DNA of 52,407 bases, counting the filler, from Dirinaria sp. TL-2023a (Eukaryota), in the NCBI GenBank assembly GCA_051941275.1. It is 3 parts of 3 records of this genome, joined end to end, with 100 filler letters (N's around TTAATTAATTAA, not from the genome) between each part and the next. Parts side by side here need not be neighbours in the genome. Positions count along the whole stretch, not along the records: positions 35,028 to 52,407 come from JAVEBF010000431.1; 2 more parts are not named here. The stretch is one strand, 5' to 3'. This document shows positions 35,848-49,551 of the stretch, one piece after another. Position numbers and translations under genes: made by a program. Position 1 is the first letter of the stretch. Every line of letters starts with the position of its first letter. The notes beneath the pieces are model-generated. The model did no database searches. It was not told where the DNA came from and worked only from the letters and a program-made list of their open reading frames with translations.

Positions 35848-36623
35848 CTAATGACGTGGATGAGGTGTTGCAGCAAGCACTCGCGTGAATGTTTTGGAGT
35901 AGAAGTGACCCCTGACCATTCTCGATTGCTCATCATCCGGGCAGATGAGCTCGCACACCCTTAGGCAGAAGTTCTGGCAGTCTTCCATGCCGACGCTGTA
36001 CCTTTCGCTGAACTCTGCGTCGAAGAGTCTACGCACTGTGACGTGTCAGTAGATTAGTCTGGATATGTGAAGGGATATATGGTCATACATACCTTCATTG
36101 TCAACATCCTCAGCCGAAAGCGTGGTATACGTGGTTTTCGAGATACTCTTTGGATCTTTCGTAAATGGCAAGGCAGAATGGATGCCTGTCACAGTTAGCT
36201 TTTTTGCTTTTCACCTTCGAAGAGCGTGGGGCTTTTGGGCGGGTACCGAGATCTGTTGGCGGCTCTTGCGACTCGTCGACCAGAAGCTCGTAATATCTGT
36301 CGCCAACCTTGCAAGCAACCAGCGTCAGCATTGCTTTGCCTGCTGAAGGATGAAGATGAATAGTCGCTTACCTGGACAGACCAGTGGCCGGTCGTCTTCC
36401 AGCTGATAAGGCGGGTTGCCGCAGAGTCTAGCGGTCGATACCAGATTGTAACGGGTAGACTCGCGCCGCTGTTGAGAAGTCTTTGAGGCTTTTGGAGTGG
36501 TTTCGGAGACCTCGTGAAAGGACGGGTGATCTTGCGCCATGTTCTTCATTCTAGGTTGTACCTCCAGTGCTCCAATTCCAAAGCGCCATAGTATGCTCGT
36601 TTTATGAGTCTTCCAGGACCCAT
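35848..36623 (-). CDS. Putative permuted papain-fold (PPPDE/DeSI/LRAT-like) peptidase; spliced, with an in-frame TGA in exon 1 (possible pseudogene or extra intron)
   Basis: Exons 36623-36372, 36307-36247, 36185-36093, 36035-35848 join in frame; the introns carry branch points GCTGAC, GCTAAC and ACTGAC/CTAAT. Translation ...PVTIWYRPL...GHWSVQVGDRYYEL...TTYTTLSAEDVDNEVRRLF...RYSVGMEDCQNFCLRVCELIC. His before Cys is the permuted-papain order. TGA at 36548-36546. Confidence 0.6.
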
Positions 36624-38117
36624 ATCTTGGAGCTTGGAACTGGAAACTGCGCAGAGAGATAGAAGGGAGAGCTATTCTGCTCAGAAAGTTGTAGTGAAAA
36701 GGGAAGAAGACCGCCTGGAGAACTTAAGTAAGGAATGATAGTTGGCATGCATGCTGCGATCGTATGGTATAGCGAGAGCATTTGCTTGCGACGCGTATCT
36801 CTGCCACATTCGATATAGAATCGCCACCCCACAGCCACTATCGACGGGAAATTCTATGCCAAGAAATGACAGCAACAGCAGGCTATTGGACGGATTGCTT
36901 TGGAGCCTCACGCGCCATCAGGCGTAGAAGGATGGCCAAGGATGGCCAAGGAAAGTCGATGTGGGCAAGCCAGCGCCGACGGCTGTCCCACCTGATCTAG
37001 AGAACTGCCATCCAACGAAATGATGAGGCTGCGTGCTTGGACGAACTCGTAGCGGCGATCTCGAAGCATCAGGGAACCCGCCGTACGTCAAAGACGCGCA
37101 ATCTGAAGAAACACGCGGCTCAGCTGCTGGTCTGAGGAGTCATTCCTCACGCCCCTACTCAGCTGAATTTCCCGTCGCACAGAAAGGAGTGGTTGCATTG
37201 CAACGTTCTTGCAGATCTCAATCTTGAAGCTGACATCCATCTTCAGTTGCTGCAAGGCGGTTTCTCAATGGAAATTGTGGTCAAGCAGTTGATAGAGCCC
37301 ATACCTACCTTGTACTGATGCGATGGTCACAGCCTCAGGAGAACTTCTAGAAACCGGGTGGAGAGTAATGTGGCAAACAGGCCGAAGCTAAGCCTAATCA
37401 GGCAGCCTGGTGCAAACCCACCAAACACATGTCACTACGCTACCTAATAATGTAAGCCTGGTATCGCGATGTGGTACACCAACAGAATAATGAGGATTTG
37501 GGGTTACGCTGGGCCCCCTCTATGTTCCGAGTGCTCTTTTCCGAACCGGGGCAACGACTACTTCGAGGGCAGCGAAGCGGAAGTTTGCGCTAAATGGAGG
37601 GTTGGGAAGCGAGCGATGCGGTGTACGGAGTACCTATCATCTGGGAGTTTACCGAGGTGGGGTGTGCTTGCCTTGACAAGTTCTTACTGGTGGCGTCTGG
37701 ATTGTTGGAACGATCTCATGAAGCTTGCAAGGTGTCAGGACCCCAACTCTGGGTTAGATGAGGTAGGTAAGTAGGTTTACCCAGGTCAAGGCCTTGGCAA
37801 CAATGGTAAGGTGGTTACCAAAAGACCAACGAAACCAAGTCAGCGACTTGGTTGCCTATCTTACTACTTGATGTTCCGAGATCGTAATACAAGGGGGGAT
37901 TATGGAAATGATTTACCTGCGTGTAATGCCACCTGTGTTTGATGACCATTGAATAGCAATTTCTTGAAATACTAGAATACATGTTGAGGTCATGATGTGG
38001 TTTCTTGGTAGTTGCTGCAACGTATCTACAACCAGCATCACGGAGATAACATCGCTATTTCCTTGGAGTTCATCGTCTAATGCTCGGCATCTGTTCCTGC
38101 GTACAACCACTCTCCTT

Positions 38118-41100
38118 TCACCCATCAAACGCATCCTCGTCTAAGACCTGCCCACTCAGCATCTGTCCAACATGGCTCTGCATGAAATTCTGCCCGTGTC
38201 GACGGATTGCCATCCATTCCCTCATGAAAGGCAAGACCCAGGTTGCCTGCGAAAGATCCTCCAACGCCTCGCGATATTCTGCATCTGAATCGAAGTAGAG
38301 CTGCCCTGCAAAGAAGTGGAGCTGGCGGCGTAGTGCCGGACGGAGCCTCAGCCAATCACGATTTGACTGTAAGTTTGCTGCGATGGCTGACTCCATTGAA
38401 TGCATCGATCTGGCGACTCGGGGCTCATAACTGTGGAGTACAACTTGCGAGGAAGTTTGTCTGATCTCGTCCATCATGACGTTGACTTCGTACTGGGAAA
38501 GGACTAGCATTCCTTGGGAATTGATGTCGGTTTTACTTGTCAAGATCCAATTGACTGGTCGGAGGTGGTCATCATGAGCTGCAGAGACCGGAAGTTTCAC
38601 AGTGTACATAAAGCCCCGCGTGACTCGAATATCGTTCCATAACCCATGCGACGGCATGATCAGATGCGCAGCAGATGATCTTCGTGCAATCGCGTTTACT
38701 GCAAGTTCAAAACGGCCTAAGCTTTCTGCGGACCCTGAAGTGATAAAGTGCTTGAGTCTCTCATCAAAGATAGGTTTTAATGCATCCGCTGATGACGGTC
38801 GCTCGTTTTCTTTTTCCTGCTCTTTTTCATGTGCAATCTCTCGTTCCTGTTCCTCTTCCACATTCGCATTCTGTGCTGCAGTGAGACCCAAAACTTTCCA
38901 TTTTTGAACCAAAGCTTGAACGGCAGGATTGGTACTTTGTGCACTAACTTTCAGTAGACTCATAGTGGAGCTATCACTATCCGTCATGGAAGTAGGTGCG
39001 TAGAGGTGGTGAAGACTCTGCAATTCCGTTTCAATGAAGGAGGTTGCGGTGGTATTCCCAGCGGAATATTCTTCAGCGACCTGTTGGCGACGGTAGAAGG
39101 CGAGTCCCTGCATGATTTGTAGAGGCTGGTTCCTCTCTATGTTCAGACAGCTCTGCTCGAGCGCCCAAGTCATGACATCTTCGCCGTTCAACATTGCGTC
39201 CTTGCCCTTGCCAGTAACTTTCAACATGTCGTTATGTACTTCTGGCGGCGCTACGAAAAGAAGAGTCTGACCGTGGGCCAGACGTCGAAGTCTCATGCAA
39301 GCTGTAATTTGTCAGTGGAGTTAGCCGTCGGAGCAATGGCAGTGTACATACCTTGAACAAGGCGGTCCTTGGTAAGGCGAGGCCCTAGTGTCACGAAGGC
39401 GCGAGCATCTGTTGGTAGTTTAAGGTCAATTCCTCGGGTGTGCACTTCGTCAAGGTAGACCAGGCAGCTATCCATTCGAGTCTGGTAAGAGGAGGAGTTA
39501 AAGGCTTCTACTGTCCAGCCTTCGCGGGTCAACACCTTGATGTTGTCGTCGGTATCGAAGAAGATGCCCGCGTCGGCTTCAGGCACTCGTGTGATCCACT
39601 TCTTCATTACCTCTTCGTTACCCATCTCTAACACTTGCGCGCCAACATCGATAAGCACCCGAGCTTTAGAGTCTGTGCTAGTGATGAAGTCGAGAAGCGC
39701 TTCAGCATCAAGTTGCCGTCCGTCTTGGTCCTTGGCACACTCATAACGAAGGTTTTGCGGCTTAAGAACGTAGTCAAGGACCTTAGCACTCGTGTGTTGC
39801 AGCTCCGTCAGATCTCTCTGCGTTATTGAAGACGGTAGCAGGAATCTGTTGTCATTGGTACCACTGAACCCGGTGGTAGAAGACGGCCCTGCAGGGTCGA
39901 AAGGAATATCCCATCCAGAAGTCGACAATTTCTGGTCAAACTCTCTCCCCTCACGCGGGAAAACCACTTTTGCCATGAAGAAATCGGCCACCTTCTTGAT
40001 GTAGCGGAGCGCTGGAAACAGAGTGTTGATGCACTGGTCTTCGTCGTCTAGATTGATACATTCCCAAATTCGCAGGAACAACGGCAAGGAAGCGCAATTT
40101 TGTGTCCAGGAGCGGTACTCCTGTGAAGGATTGTCGGTTTTTGAGAGGATTTCGAAGCATTGACGTAGCTGGACGTCGGTTAGCCCTCTATAGTAGTAGC
40201 TCAAGCATGTCAATGTAATCGTAACGTCCGGATGACCGAAGTCAGCAGTACCAGCAGGTACTCCTTTTGCACGGTATGGAACCGCAATAAGGCATCTATC
40301 CGGATGGTGACCGTAATTTACCAACCAACGCTTCCTCTGTAATATAAACAGTAAGATTCCATAAGCAAAGAGACCCCGGAAAAGGAGGAACTTCTTGATC
40401 ATAGCTGGATCTCCTTGGGTGATTCTCTCTACTCGCTGGCAGTCAATCTGAGCAACATCCATGTGCTCCATAAACGCAATAATCGCCTTCCTGTCATCGT
40501 TCGTGTACTTCTCAAGGTTGATCCCGGGAATTTTGCTTCGTTCAAGGTCCTCAAGCAGCTTTTTGAGAAGCATGTCTCCAACATCTGGGACGAGCATTTG
40601 GATCGTCGGGAAACTTAAGCCCGTACGCTTCTGTACTTGAATGAGTTCTGAGTGAGAGTATGCCAAAGCTTCTGCGTGCTTTGCGACTAGGCCGAGGATG
40701 CTTTGTATCAGAAGCCAACGTTCTGGTTGGCCATCGACACTCCGCTGACTTCCCAAAGTATATATCAGTTGGAACTTGACGTCAAGGATCTCATCGCTCT
40801 CGTCGAGCAAATCTCTCGCTGTAACATTCAACCACTGCTGAATGTCAAAGAGTCTCGTAGCGATGGCATGGTCACCTGCACTCATCCGCTCGAGACCCTT
40901 GAGCTTGAAGGATAAAAGGAATTCGGGCTGCGTGAGAAGGACTCCACGGTTCGTCACACATTCCTCCTGCAGTATCTGCAGTTGTAATAGTAGCTCCTTA
41001 GTGACAGATGTCTTCCTTGAGAAGGGCATGTAGTAGACTTGACGGCGGACAAGGCTCCCAATACGTGCGCTTAGAAGGTCTTTCATCTGTTTCGACAGAG

Positions 41101-44100
41101 ACTTCAGTACTAGAACCCTCGAAAGCTGCGTGCTATCCGCTAGTGCTGTCGCAATTAGAGGAACGATAACTGAAGACTTGCCCTCCTGTGGAGATTTAGT
41201 ACAACTCCTTCGAAGGGGAAGGACCACTTACGCCCATATTCAATTGCGTCAGGGTGTTGCTTCGTGCTGCCGGCTGTATCATCTCCAGAGCTACAATTGC
41301 TTGGGTATGTCGAATCAATAGATCATTTTCCACTTCTATCAACAGCCAGTCCCGCCATTTTTTAGGATCCCATGAGGATCGACCCGTATTCTCGATTTCT
41401 GCCCAGAATGTGGAGTAGTCGTTCTTTTCCGCGGCTAGTAATAAGCGTCTATCGCGCTGGCAGTAGGTGATCATCTCGGCAAGACCTACAAGGCGTTCAA
41501 TCCAATCGTCACTGATAAAGCGATCATTCGAGGACGAGAGCAATCGTAGCAGGTCAACTTGAGTGGCTCTGGGCGCCAAGCCTCCCATTTCAAGCAAATT
41601 CAAAGAATGTCGCAAAGGATGACAGGAATAGAAATGGGCTAGTCGAAAACAGTTGGTGTTCTCCCCAAGACTCTGGGCTATCTCTTCGGTGTTATAAGGC
41701 AACTCCATTGCATCTGCCAGTTCCTGATAAGTCCAATAGCTATTATAACTTGCAACTAGATCCTGAATGTACTGTCGGCGTATCGTGTTTGCCGAAGCAG
41801 GGTCGGGAATTTTCTTAAATTTAGACAGGACATTACGCAGATGGTTGTTCCTTAGCGGTGTGCTTGCTGGTCTTGTCGCATGAAGTTGGCTTGGTATTAT
41901 CCACTGAGATGGAGCAGTTGCAGATAACATTGACTCAAGGGTTGGCAGAGAACATGCTTCGTGGGCGATTGATACTTTCTGGACTTGCAACCAGTTCTTG
42001 GGAGCAGCGACGCGTTTTGCCACGTGAATGCTGTTCAAGATTCCCTGAGCCGATCGAAGTGCGGTTTCCAATTTTCTATTTTGCCACCATTGGTTGAATG
42101 CTGAAAGAACACGATCGCTCATCTGTGAAAGGTCAAACAGCCCTGTCAACTCGGCCGTAGGTAATTGGGGCTCTCGGCAGGGCCACTGCTGCATAAGGTG
42201 GTTGGTAATGTCATTGGCCCGGTCAGTGAGCGTACGCTGATTTTCGGTTGACTGGTCCTTGCGCTGCGTAATAGATAAACCATGGCTAGACGACCGAAAC
42301 GACTTCGAGCTGGCCATGATCTGGGCTTTGAGATGTTCTTGCTCTGGTGCACTACGCAATGGAAATTCGAAGACTCCTGGTCCAAAATGCAAATCGATAT
42401 CGCGCAATTCTGGATTAATCGCGAACGCGCAGAGGGTTTGAAGATCCACCAAAGACGTCAGAGCATCACCGTATGCTATGGTGGCAAACAAAAACAACAT
42501 CGTGTGTTCGTGCTCGGCTTGAGTGCAATCGATGCAAAATCGATGTAACTTGGCCCACGAAGTCTTGAAATCGATGTTCAGGAGTTCTGCTAAGGATGCC
42601 GAAGTTTGAAATTTAGAGCCGAATCCTGACACCTCCCCCCATGCTCGGAGATTATTTATGACGCGCTTTGATACCTCGATGCGTGCAGGCCACTTGCGAA
42701 TGAGACAGCCCATATTGAAGCTCCGCTTGCCTCTGTCAGAGAGTGGAAGTCTATCGCGTGATTCGTAATTCATGTCATTAGCAACGATGTCAATATTTCC
42801 ACCAAATTGCGGTCTCCGAAAAGCCGAGCGACGAATTTGTGCCCTTAACAGAAGGTGGGAACTTCCACGAACTTTCAATGGTGGTATTCGGGCACAGTCG
42901 GGGTAAAACAGATTGAAACGATCACTAGCTGTCTGTATTGCGGCGCAGTGAGTGGCAAAATCGTCGTGCTGGCAATAGTGTGGTAGTATTCGGTTCCACG
43001 ACACGTCCTCCATGACCTCCAGATGAACGGGATAAAATTCCCGTTTAGGCGTTAAATTTGCGAGCTGCCTCAACATCTCCGCCACCTCCTCATCAAGCGG
43101 GGACGAAGAATACACTAATTCGGTCTGAAGCATGTCCAGAGCTTGCTCGGTGCCTGTCCGTCCTGTTAAAGGGTCGGCGCAAATGTAAGAGGTAGTCGCA
43201 TGTAGATAGGCTAGGTAAAGCCTACTCAACATGATACTATGGCCCCGAAGCCGACCCAATTGCGAATCGATTTGGTATGTGAAGAATCTCACGCTCTCGA
43301 AGGGATATGAGATCTGGATTTCTACATGATGTGTGCTGCTCTTGCAGCAGCTAATTGACCCCTGTGGAACTAACAGTAAGCGATCGTGCTCGCGCCCAAA
43401 TTCTCCTGGGGAACAAAGAACCAATTTGCTCTTCAGGCCGATCAACGTTCCGATGCTTTGGTTGGGGTCCACAATCTTACGAAGTTCTAAACATTCCAAT
43501 TCACCCGATCTGTTGGTGAAGAAATGTAAGCGCAGGCGCGGCAAGTATACTTCGACTGAGCCTTTGGTGGAGCTGGTAATATGCATGTGAGGTAAGGCCT
43601 CTATCGGGCCGAGAATTTGGAATACAGATTGACTCGTTGAGCTGCGTATGTCGACCAACTTCTGGGCTCCCCGGATACAAACGCTGCGACCGGCAGAGTC
43701 ATACTGTAGCTGCCAATTTGACGCATTTGGACACAGAGGCCGCTCTGACGGCCGGAATTCGACGGTACGAGCCGACAAATCCAACCAATGGATGTGTCTG
43801 TTGACGAAATCTTGCGGAAAGTCGCCGTCGAAGTATTCGCTGGGGATCGCCTCCATTATATGGTGGGGTGTTTTCAGCCTTATGATAACCTGGTGATCGC
43901 GCCTTCCGAAATGCACCTCATAACCTTGAACATTCTGAGCGGACATGTATTGCATTCCCGGCATATTCGATGCACAAACAGAGAAGACCTGGGATCCAAA
44001 TATGCGTCGGAACAAGTCGGTGTCATACATCCTCTTCGGTAAATGACCCAACGGCTTTCCGTTAACGAGCAATTTCCCTTGAAGGAGATTATAGCTCACA

Positions 44101-47100
44101 AATTGGGATCCTTGTTCAAGTGCAGCTGAGGTCTTAGTAGTTACCCAGCGGCCATTGGGAGCCGGTAATGACGTCCACGGTTCAGAGTGGGGCTCAAACT
44201 TGGGCCAGACTTTCGTTATTGCTTGTACCAGTCCAAAGCCATTGCTGTCTATGATCAGCTTACGCAATTTCCCACATATTGTGGATGATAGCTTCTGATC
44301 CTTGAGAAGCAGACGCTGCAGTCCTTGAGGAAGGGCCGCAATTGATCCTGGTACATTGTCGTGAATGACCATGGATGCGCGTACCCAGCATTGTACGTCG
44401 GAAAGTTGAAGCAATGCGTCCATTTGCATGATGTCGAGGTCATAAGTCATCTTTGCCAACAACGCGACTTTTAGGAGTTTGGACCGGACCTCCTGTGCGC
44501 GTCTGGGATCAACTGTCTGTCTCAGGATTTTGCTTAAATTGTCGATCCAGGTGGATGTAATAGTTCGACATCTTTGAAGGAGCGATACCCCAATATCGAA
44601 CACTTTCCTGTTCTTTGTAAGCGAGACAACTCGGAGAACTAGTGCTACCAATAAACTCAGCGTCTGCTGGCTTGTCCAGTTTCCTTCGGCCGTATCAATG
44701 ATTGTACGTATCGTGGAAAGAAGATCGTTGCAGAAAGACGCAGATTGCAATGGCTGGTGGGAGCGTCTGTATATCGTATCACTGCTCGATCCAACTTGCC
44801 AAGCTGCTTGTACGATAACCGTGACGACAGCCTCCGAATTGAGAGACAGATTGGGCGCGCCAAGCTCGCGCTTGATATTCAACCATTGCGTTTGCTCGCC
44901 ATCCGCCCTCAGGGAGCCAAAAGCCTTGTATTCCTGTAGCGTCATCTCTTCACTGCAGAGAGACTGCTCTGCCAGCGTGCGGTTCTGAGAATGATTGGTC
45001 GAATAGACGGCATATTGAAGGTTCTTGTATGGCCCTTCCGGAAGAGATGTAATGCAACGGGGCAAGAAACTCCGAATTCCTTTTTGTGAGGATGTCCAGA
45101 TGTTGTTGAAGGTGTCATAGTACTGATAGACTAGGGGATTCTCACGAAAAACCTCTGTCACTTTCACAGGGAATTTTGTTGTAAGGTAATGAGTCTTCGT
45201 GTGCGATTTCATATCTGAGGCTAATGTTATCCGCGACTCGCAATGAGTACGGTAGGCTTGCAGACCGTCGTAAGTCAGAACCGTATCGCGTGGCCTATAA
45301 GAGGAAGCTTCATAAACTTGCGCAAGATCTTTAACGATCATCCATGTCACATTGCGCCAAGTCGCTAGAGCCGTTGGACATCTTAATTCGACTACGGCAG
45401 CTCTGCATTCGTTTTCTGATTTCGGCAACGGCCATTCCATAAACTCAATTTGAATGGATCCGGTGTCTTTTTCAAGCCGGCATTTCTCGCATTCAGAAGC
45501 ATTATGAGATCCCTTTTCATCATTGCATTTAAGAGCTGCAGCTTGGGATCGAAGCTCTTCAAACGACTCCTGCTTAGTCTGCCACTCCTCTTTCTTCCTG
45601 TTTGTGAGTCTCTCCGCATCTGCTTCGATTCGAGTCCTCAGAATTTGATGCTCTTGTGAAGATTCGAACAGCTCAGCTGCGAATTGGGGCGAGGTTAGTA
45701 CAGAAGGATTCTCTCGTTTGGCAATCGCTTTTCGCCAAGATATGTGGCGCTCAATCCCCATCAAGCGCCCCATATCCGTTTCCTTCGGTAAAAGCAGAGG
45801 GCAGAAGAGTTCTTCAGAGAGCTCAGGAGAGTATTCTCCGAGCAACGGAATGAGGGCGACAGCAAGGATGTCCAGCGCCCGCCATAGTTCTCCGATTGTA
45901 AGGATAGCCGTGGACGTTTGCTCAGGCGCCTCGTGATAGACTCCTGGCACACCACCCTTTCCGAGTACGCTCTGTTTATATTCATAACACAGCGACGCTA
46001 TGTTGGCGCAGTGCTCGTCGGTTGGTGCCTTCTTACTTTCCATCACCCAGTGCCACAAATTATCACGCACCCAGCTTTCAAATTGCTGGAACGCAAATAC
46101 CCGATCATCGCCCTTGAGCGAGAATACAGAGCTGTCGGGAAGGCCATCCGGGCGAAGGATCATTAGTCGAGGACACTTGGGCGAAAAGTGAATGGGAGCA
46201 CCGCCTCTGCCAGACTTGACCTTTAGTACGCGATCAAGGTAGAAATTGGAAGAAGTCAAAGCGATGTGGGTATCTTCCTCAATGCGGCAGATGTCGACCG
46301 TGTTACCATATGAAGCATCTGCGTCTTGAATTTTGTTCCACAGCTGCCCCTGTGCGAAACTGAACTCCTGAGCAAGCTCCAAAGCTCTCTTCTCTATTGG
46401 CGAAAAGATATGAGTTCGAAGCTTGTAAGCGCGACGAGAGATCTTGGCTTGGACTGTGAAAAGTATCTCTCTTGGGAGGCTCAGAGACGTTGCCAATTCC
46501 ATAATGTTGGTTAGTAGGAATAGCACGAAGTTCTTGTACTCACGTCGCGCTTGTTCTGCGGATAGAGTCTGCGTGAGTAGTAACTGAATTGTCACTCTGA
46601 GAGCGAGCCATTGAGGAGATCGGCGCCATGGTAGAAGCGTCTTATGCCACAATGATTCATCTCTTGTACGCTTCTCGATTTGACGGACTCTTATAGGCTC
46701 TCCCACAGCTCCAAGGGTCGCCATGAGCATTTCGGTCACGAGCCTTGGATGGACAGTATCCCTTACTTCAGGCGTCTCCGCTTCGGCCTTTATAGCGACA
46801 GGCATCATCTCTTTCACTTTTTCGGAGGCCAGTTTCCTAAGTTGTTCGCCTAGCTCAAGCTGGAAAAGATGGTTAGTGAAGATTTGATCTGGAACGGATA
46901 CTGCGTGGGCCGGAAACTGTCGGCGGAGAGCTCCCTTGCAAGCAAGGACCGCGCTGGTGTAAGGTGAGAGCTCGAAGCACTCGAATACAGCGCCGCTCGC
47001 TGTTTTGCGTATGACCAAAGCGGCATTCTGTGCCTTGATTACTAGGGCAAGGGAATCTATGTCGTGTTAGATCAAATGGGGTCGACTATCGAGTAACTTA

Positions 47101-47390
47101 CCACCGGAGCTCAATGATGATAGCGTTTGCAGGAATGTGTCGACTACTAAAGTATCGTCGGCACTCAATAGGAGCCATTGCGCCAGCATCCGCTCCACAC
47201 TTTCCCAAGTCACAGCAGCTTCTGGTGATGTATGTTGGATAAATTCTTGTGCCGAAGAATGGATCAGCTGTAAAAGGTCTCGCTCTGCGCACAAAGCAGC
47301 GCTTTCGGGCTCGGCCTTCGAGGGAAGCCGTGGGGGTAAGACGACATGGTTGACGATATAGTCGAGCGATTCTCGTGTGATGCTTACCAT
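38118..47390 (-). CDS. Giant DUF6606/DUF3638/DUF3645-type protein with SF2-helicase-like P-loop NTPase; 4 exons, ~3043 aa
   Basis: Exons 47390-47102, 47056-41232, 41185-39352, 39301-38118 total 9132 nt with consistent phases. N-terminal LDYIVNHVVLPPRLP and IKAQNAALVIR; Walker A QLNMGEGKSSVIVP; Walker B LLDESDEILD; AVPYRAKGVP..ADFGHPDVTITLTCLSYYY; GFSGTND; LIDVGAQVLE; YLDEVHTRGIDLKLP; DRLVQACMRLRRL; EEEQEREIAHEKEQE. Confidence 0.9.
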
Positions 47391-49551
47391 CTTGAGATAT
47401 TTATGCTGGATGTAGCCAGGTGCTGAGTGGAAGGCTTGGTGGAAAACAAGGTGCTGAGGGTCTTTGATTTGGTTGATTAGTGGGTTTTAACCGAGCACTT
47501 GCCCGATCAGGATGTGAACAGGCAGGGCAAAAGATGCCGCCTACCTTTGATCAATCCTCTCATGGATCCACGAGATACTAGATATGTCCGTCCAGCAACA
47601 AAGAGCATCAACGAAAGAAGAAAGAACGGAGTTGCATCTTTGCGGAAAACATACACAAGCAAAAAGCAACATTAATGCGCGTTCTTTGAACGTTTTGTAG
47701 TAAACACTCTGGACTAAGATCTGTGGAAGCATGCAGCTAACACTAGTACCAGGTATTCCCATTCGGATCTCGGAGTCGGCACACAATAGGATTCAAGAAG
47801 CAACGCTATTCGGTACAGCTCGGAAGACCATTCAAGATAGCAATCAAGCGGTTGCTATCATGCTGACATCTTAAATACTTGAGCTGCAAGGACAGTGTCT
47901 TTGGTCTTTCGTATCTTTCCCCGGCTTATGCAGGCTCCAATGCTCGGAGTAGTTATCCGCAGCATAGATTGCTGTGCCTACTTGCGAGATGTGAAGAATA
48001 TTGATGCGCATGATAGCACCTCCTCGGCGATATCGAAATGCTCGCCTCATCTCAGGAACAAAGGACACCTGATAGTCCATGATTCTCTAGGAGAAGGCTA
48101 AAGGACGAAAGAGTTACTATACCTCGCACATTCACAGCGCTCAACTAGAGCACTCTTGTGATGTTGATCATGTTCGAGTCAGGAGAGTCTTGGAGGTTGC
48201 TTCTGGCGTCCCAGATCGTGGACTTTCAGCTACTTTCAAGACCAATACTCTGTATGTGGAATGAGGAGAGCCATTTCGGTTACCAGATCTTCTGTAGTGG
48301 CCATTTTACCTGTACGAGACTCGAAGTATTAGCATTTGGACTTATCCAGCTGAGTTCTTCCTAAACTGACCCAAATTGACATACTGACGGTAACATCTTG
48401 ACTATAGTGTCTAGAAAATCACATACCGGCTGTTCACTAGGAGTCTGTGGTCTACCTCACCAGATCCAAACAACCAATGGGCACGATGTATCAAAGGCCG
48501 GACATCTGGCTCATAGGTGCAACAACAACACCATAAGATATGGATGTTAGGAAACTTCACGCGGCCATCCCTGTGTCATTCTTGCATCTCTCTGCCATAG
48601 AGACTGCCGGACTGTGCAACCCCTTTACTGCGGTTATTCCATTTCTCATGTTTCCGTGAGCGGCAATGCATCGTCCCAGTTCAAGGCATAAGGGCCAAAA
48701 GAGACAAAGAGCGTAGCTCCAGAAAAGTCCAAACGTCTCGCTTCTCTTCACAGGTGTCACTCTTTATCGCCTCGAATCTGAATGGGCTGAGAACATGAAG
48801 AAACTTAGTGTTGGTACACACCTGCTTTCTTTTCTTTCTGCTGTATACCGCCAGCAGCAGCGATGGGTGTCATCCATGCCGGCCTAAGCAGCATATTTTC
48901 CTTACCTATCTCTCTACCTTCACTTTGCCTCTTGGCATACTTACCACTGCCATCCACAGTGGAGCAGATCCATGCCTGCATCAGCAATCGGTCTTCTTCC
49001 ATAGCTGATCTCAAGCAAATCGGTTCCGCGGATGCTATGCAATCTTCGAGCAAAGGCGTTGATGTTGTGGGGGAGCTGATCATTTTAGGTGCAGGTAGTT
49101 TGAGCTTAGTAGGTACCTTAAGACGTCATCTGCATGATCGTGTTCACCCGATGAGCTTAGCATAGCCGAGGTACCAAAGACTCAGTGCACGTGATTGACT
49201 CTTTGTGGTAAAGCGTGTCTTGCAGCCTTACCTTAAGGTACCCTTTTGCTTCGAGCTCCCAGTATCTTCATTGCGGCTCCCCATTTCTGGAAAGTGTATT
49301 CATATCTTCTCAAGGCATACAAATACGATATTCACTTTTTCTCTACGAAATTTGACCATTCGCATCTTCAGCCAATGTCCACAAACTTGTGTGTTTTTTT
49401 TAAGGCCAGATAGAATGCATGTCTACTTCAGAAGCTACGAAAAGGGGGATAGAGGCTGTGCAGGTGTGGGATTATAGAAGCTAGAATCTAATTACTCAAT
49501 CGTCTTAGGTAGTAATTCGAAGTTAGATACAGAATATGTTGGAAACTACCT

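Noticed and set aside
47540..49170. Possible degraded gene(s) upstream of the giant ATPase (branch-point-like GCTAAC/GCTGAC with AG sites, and short ORFs)
   Set aside because: I could not build a consistent exon chain or recognise any motif. A tblastx or RNA-seq check would be needed.
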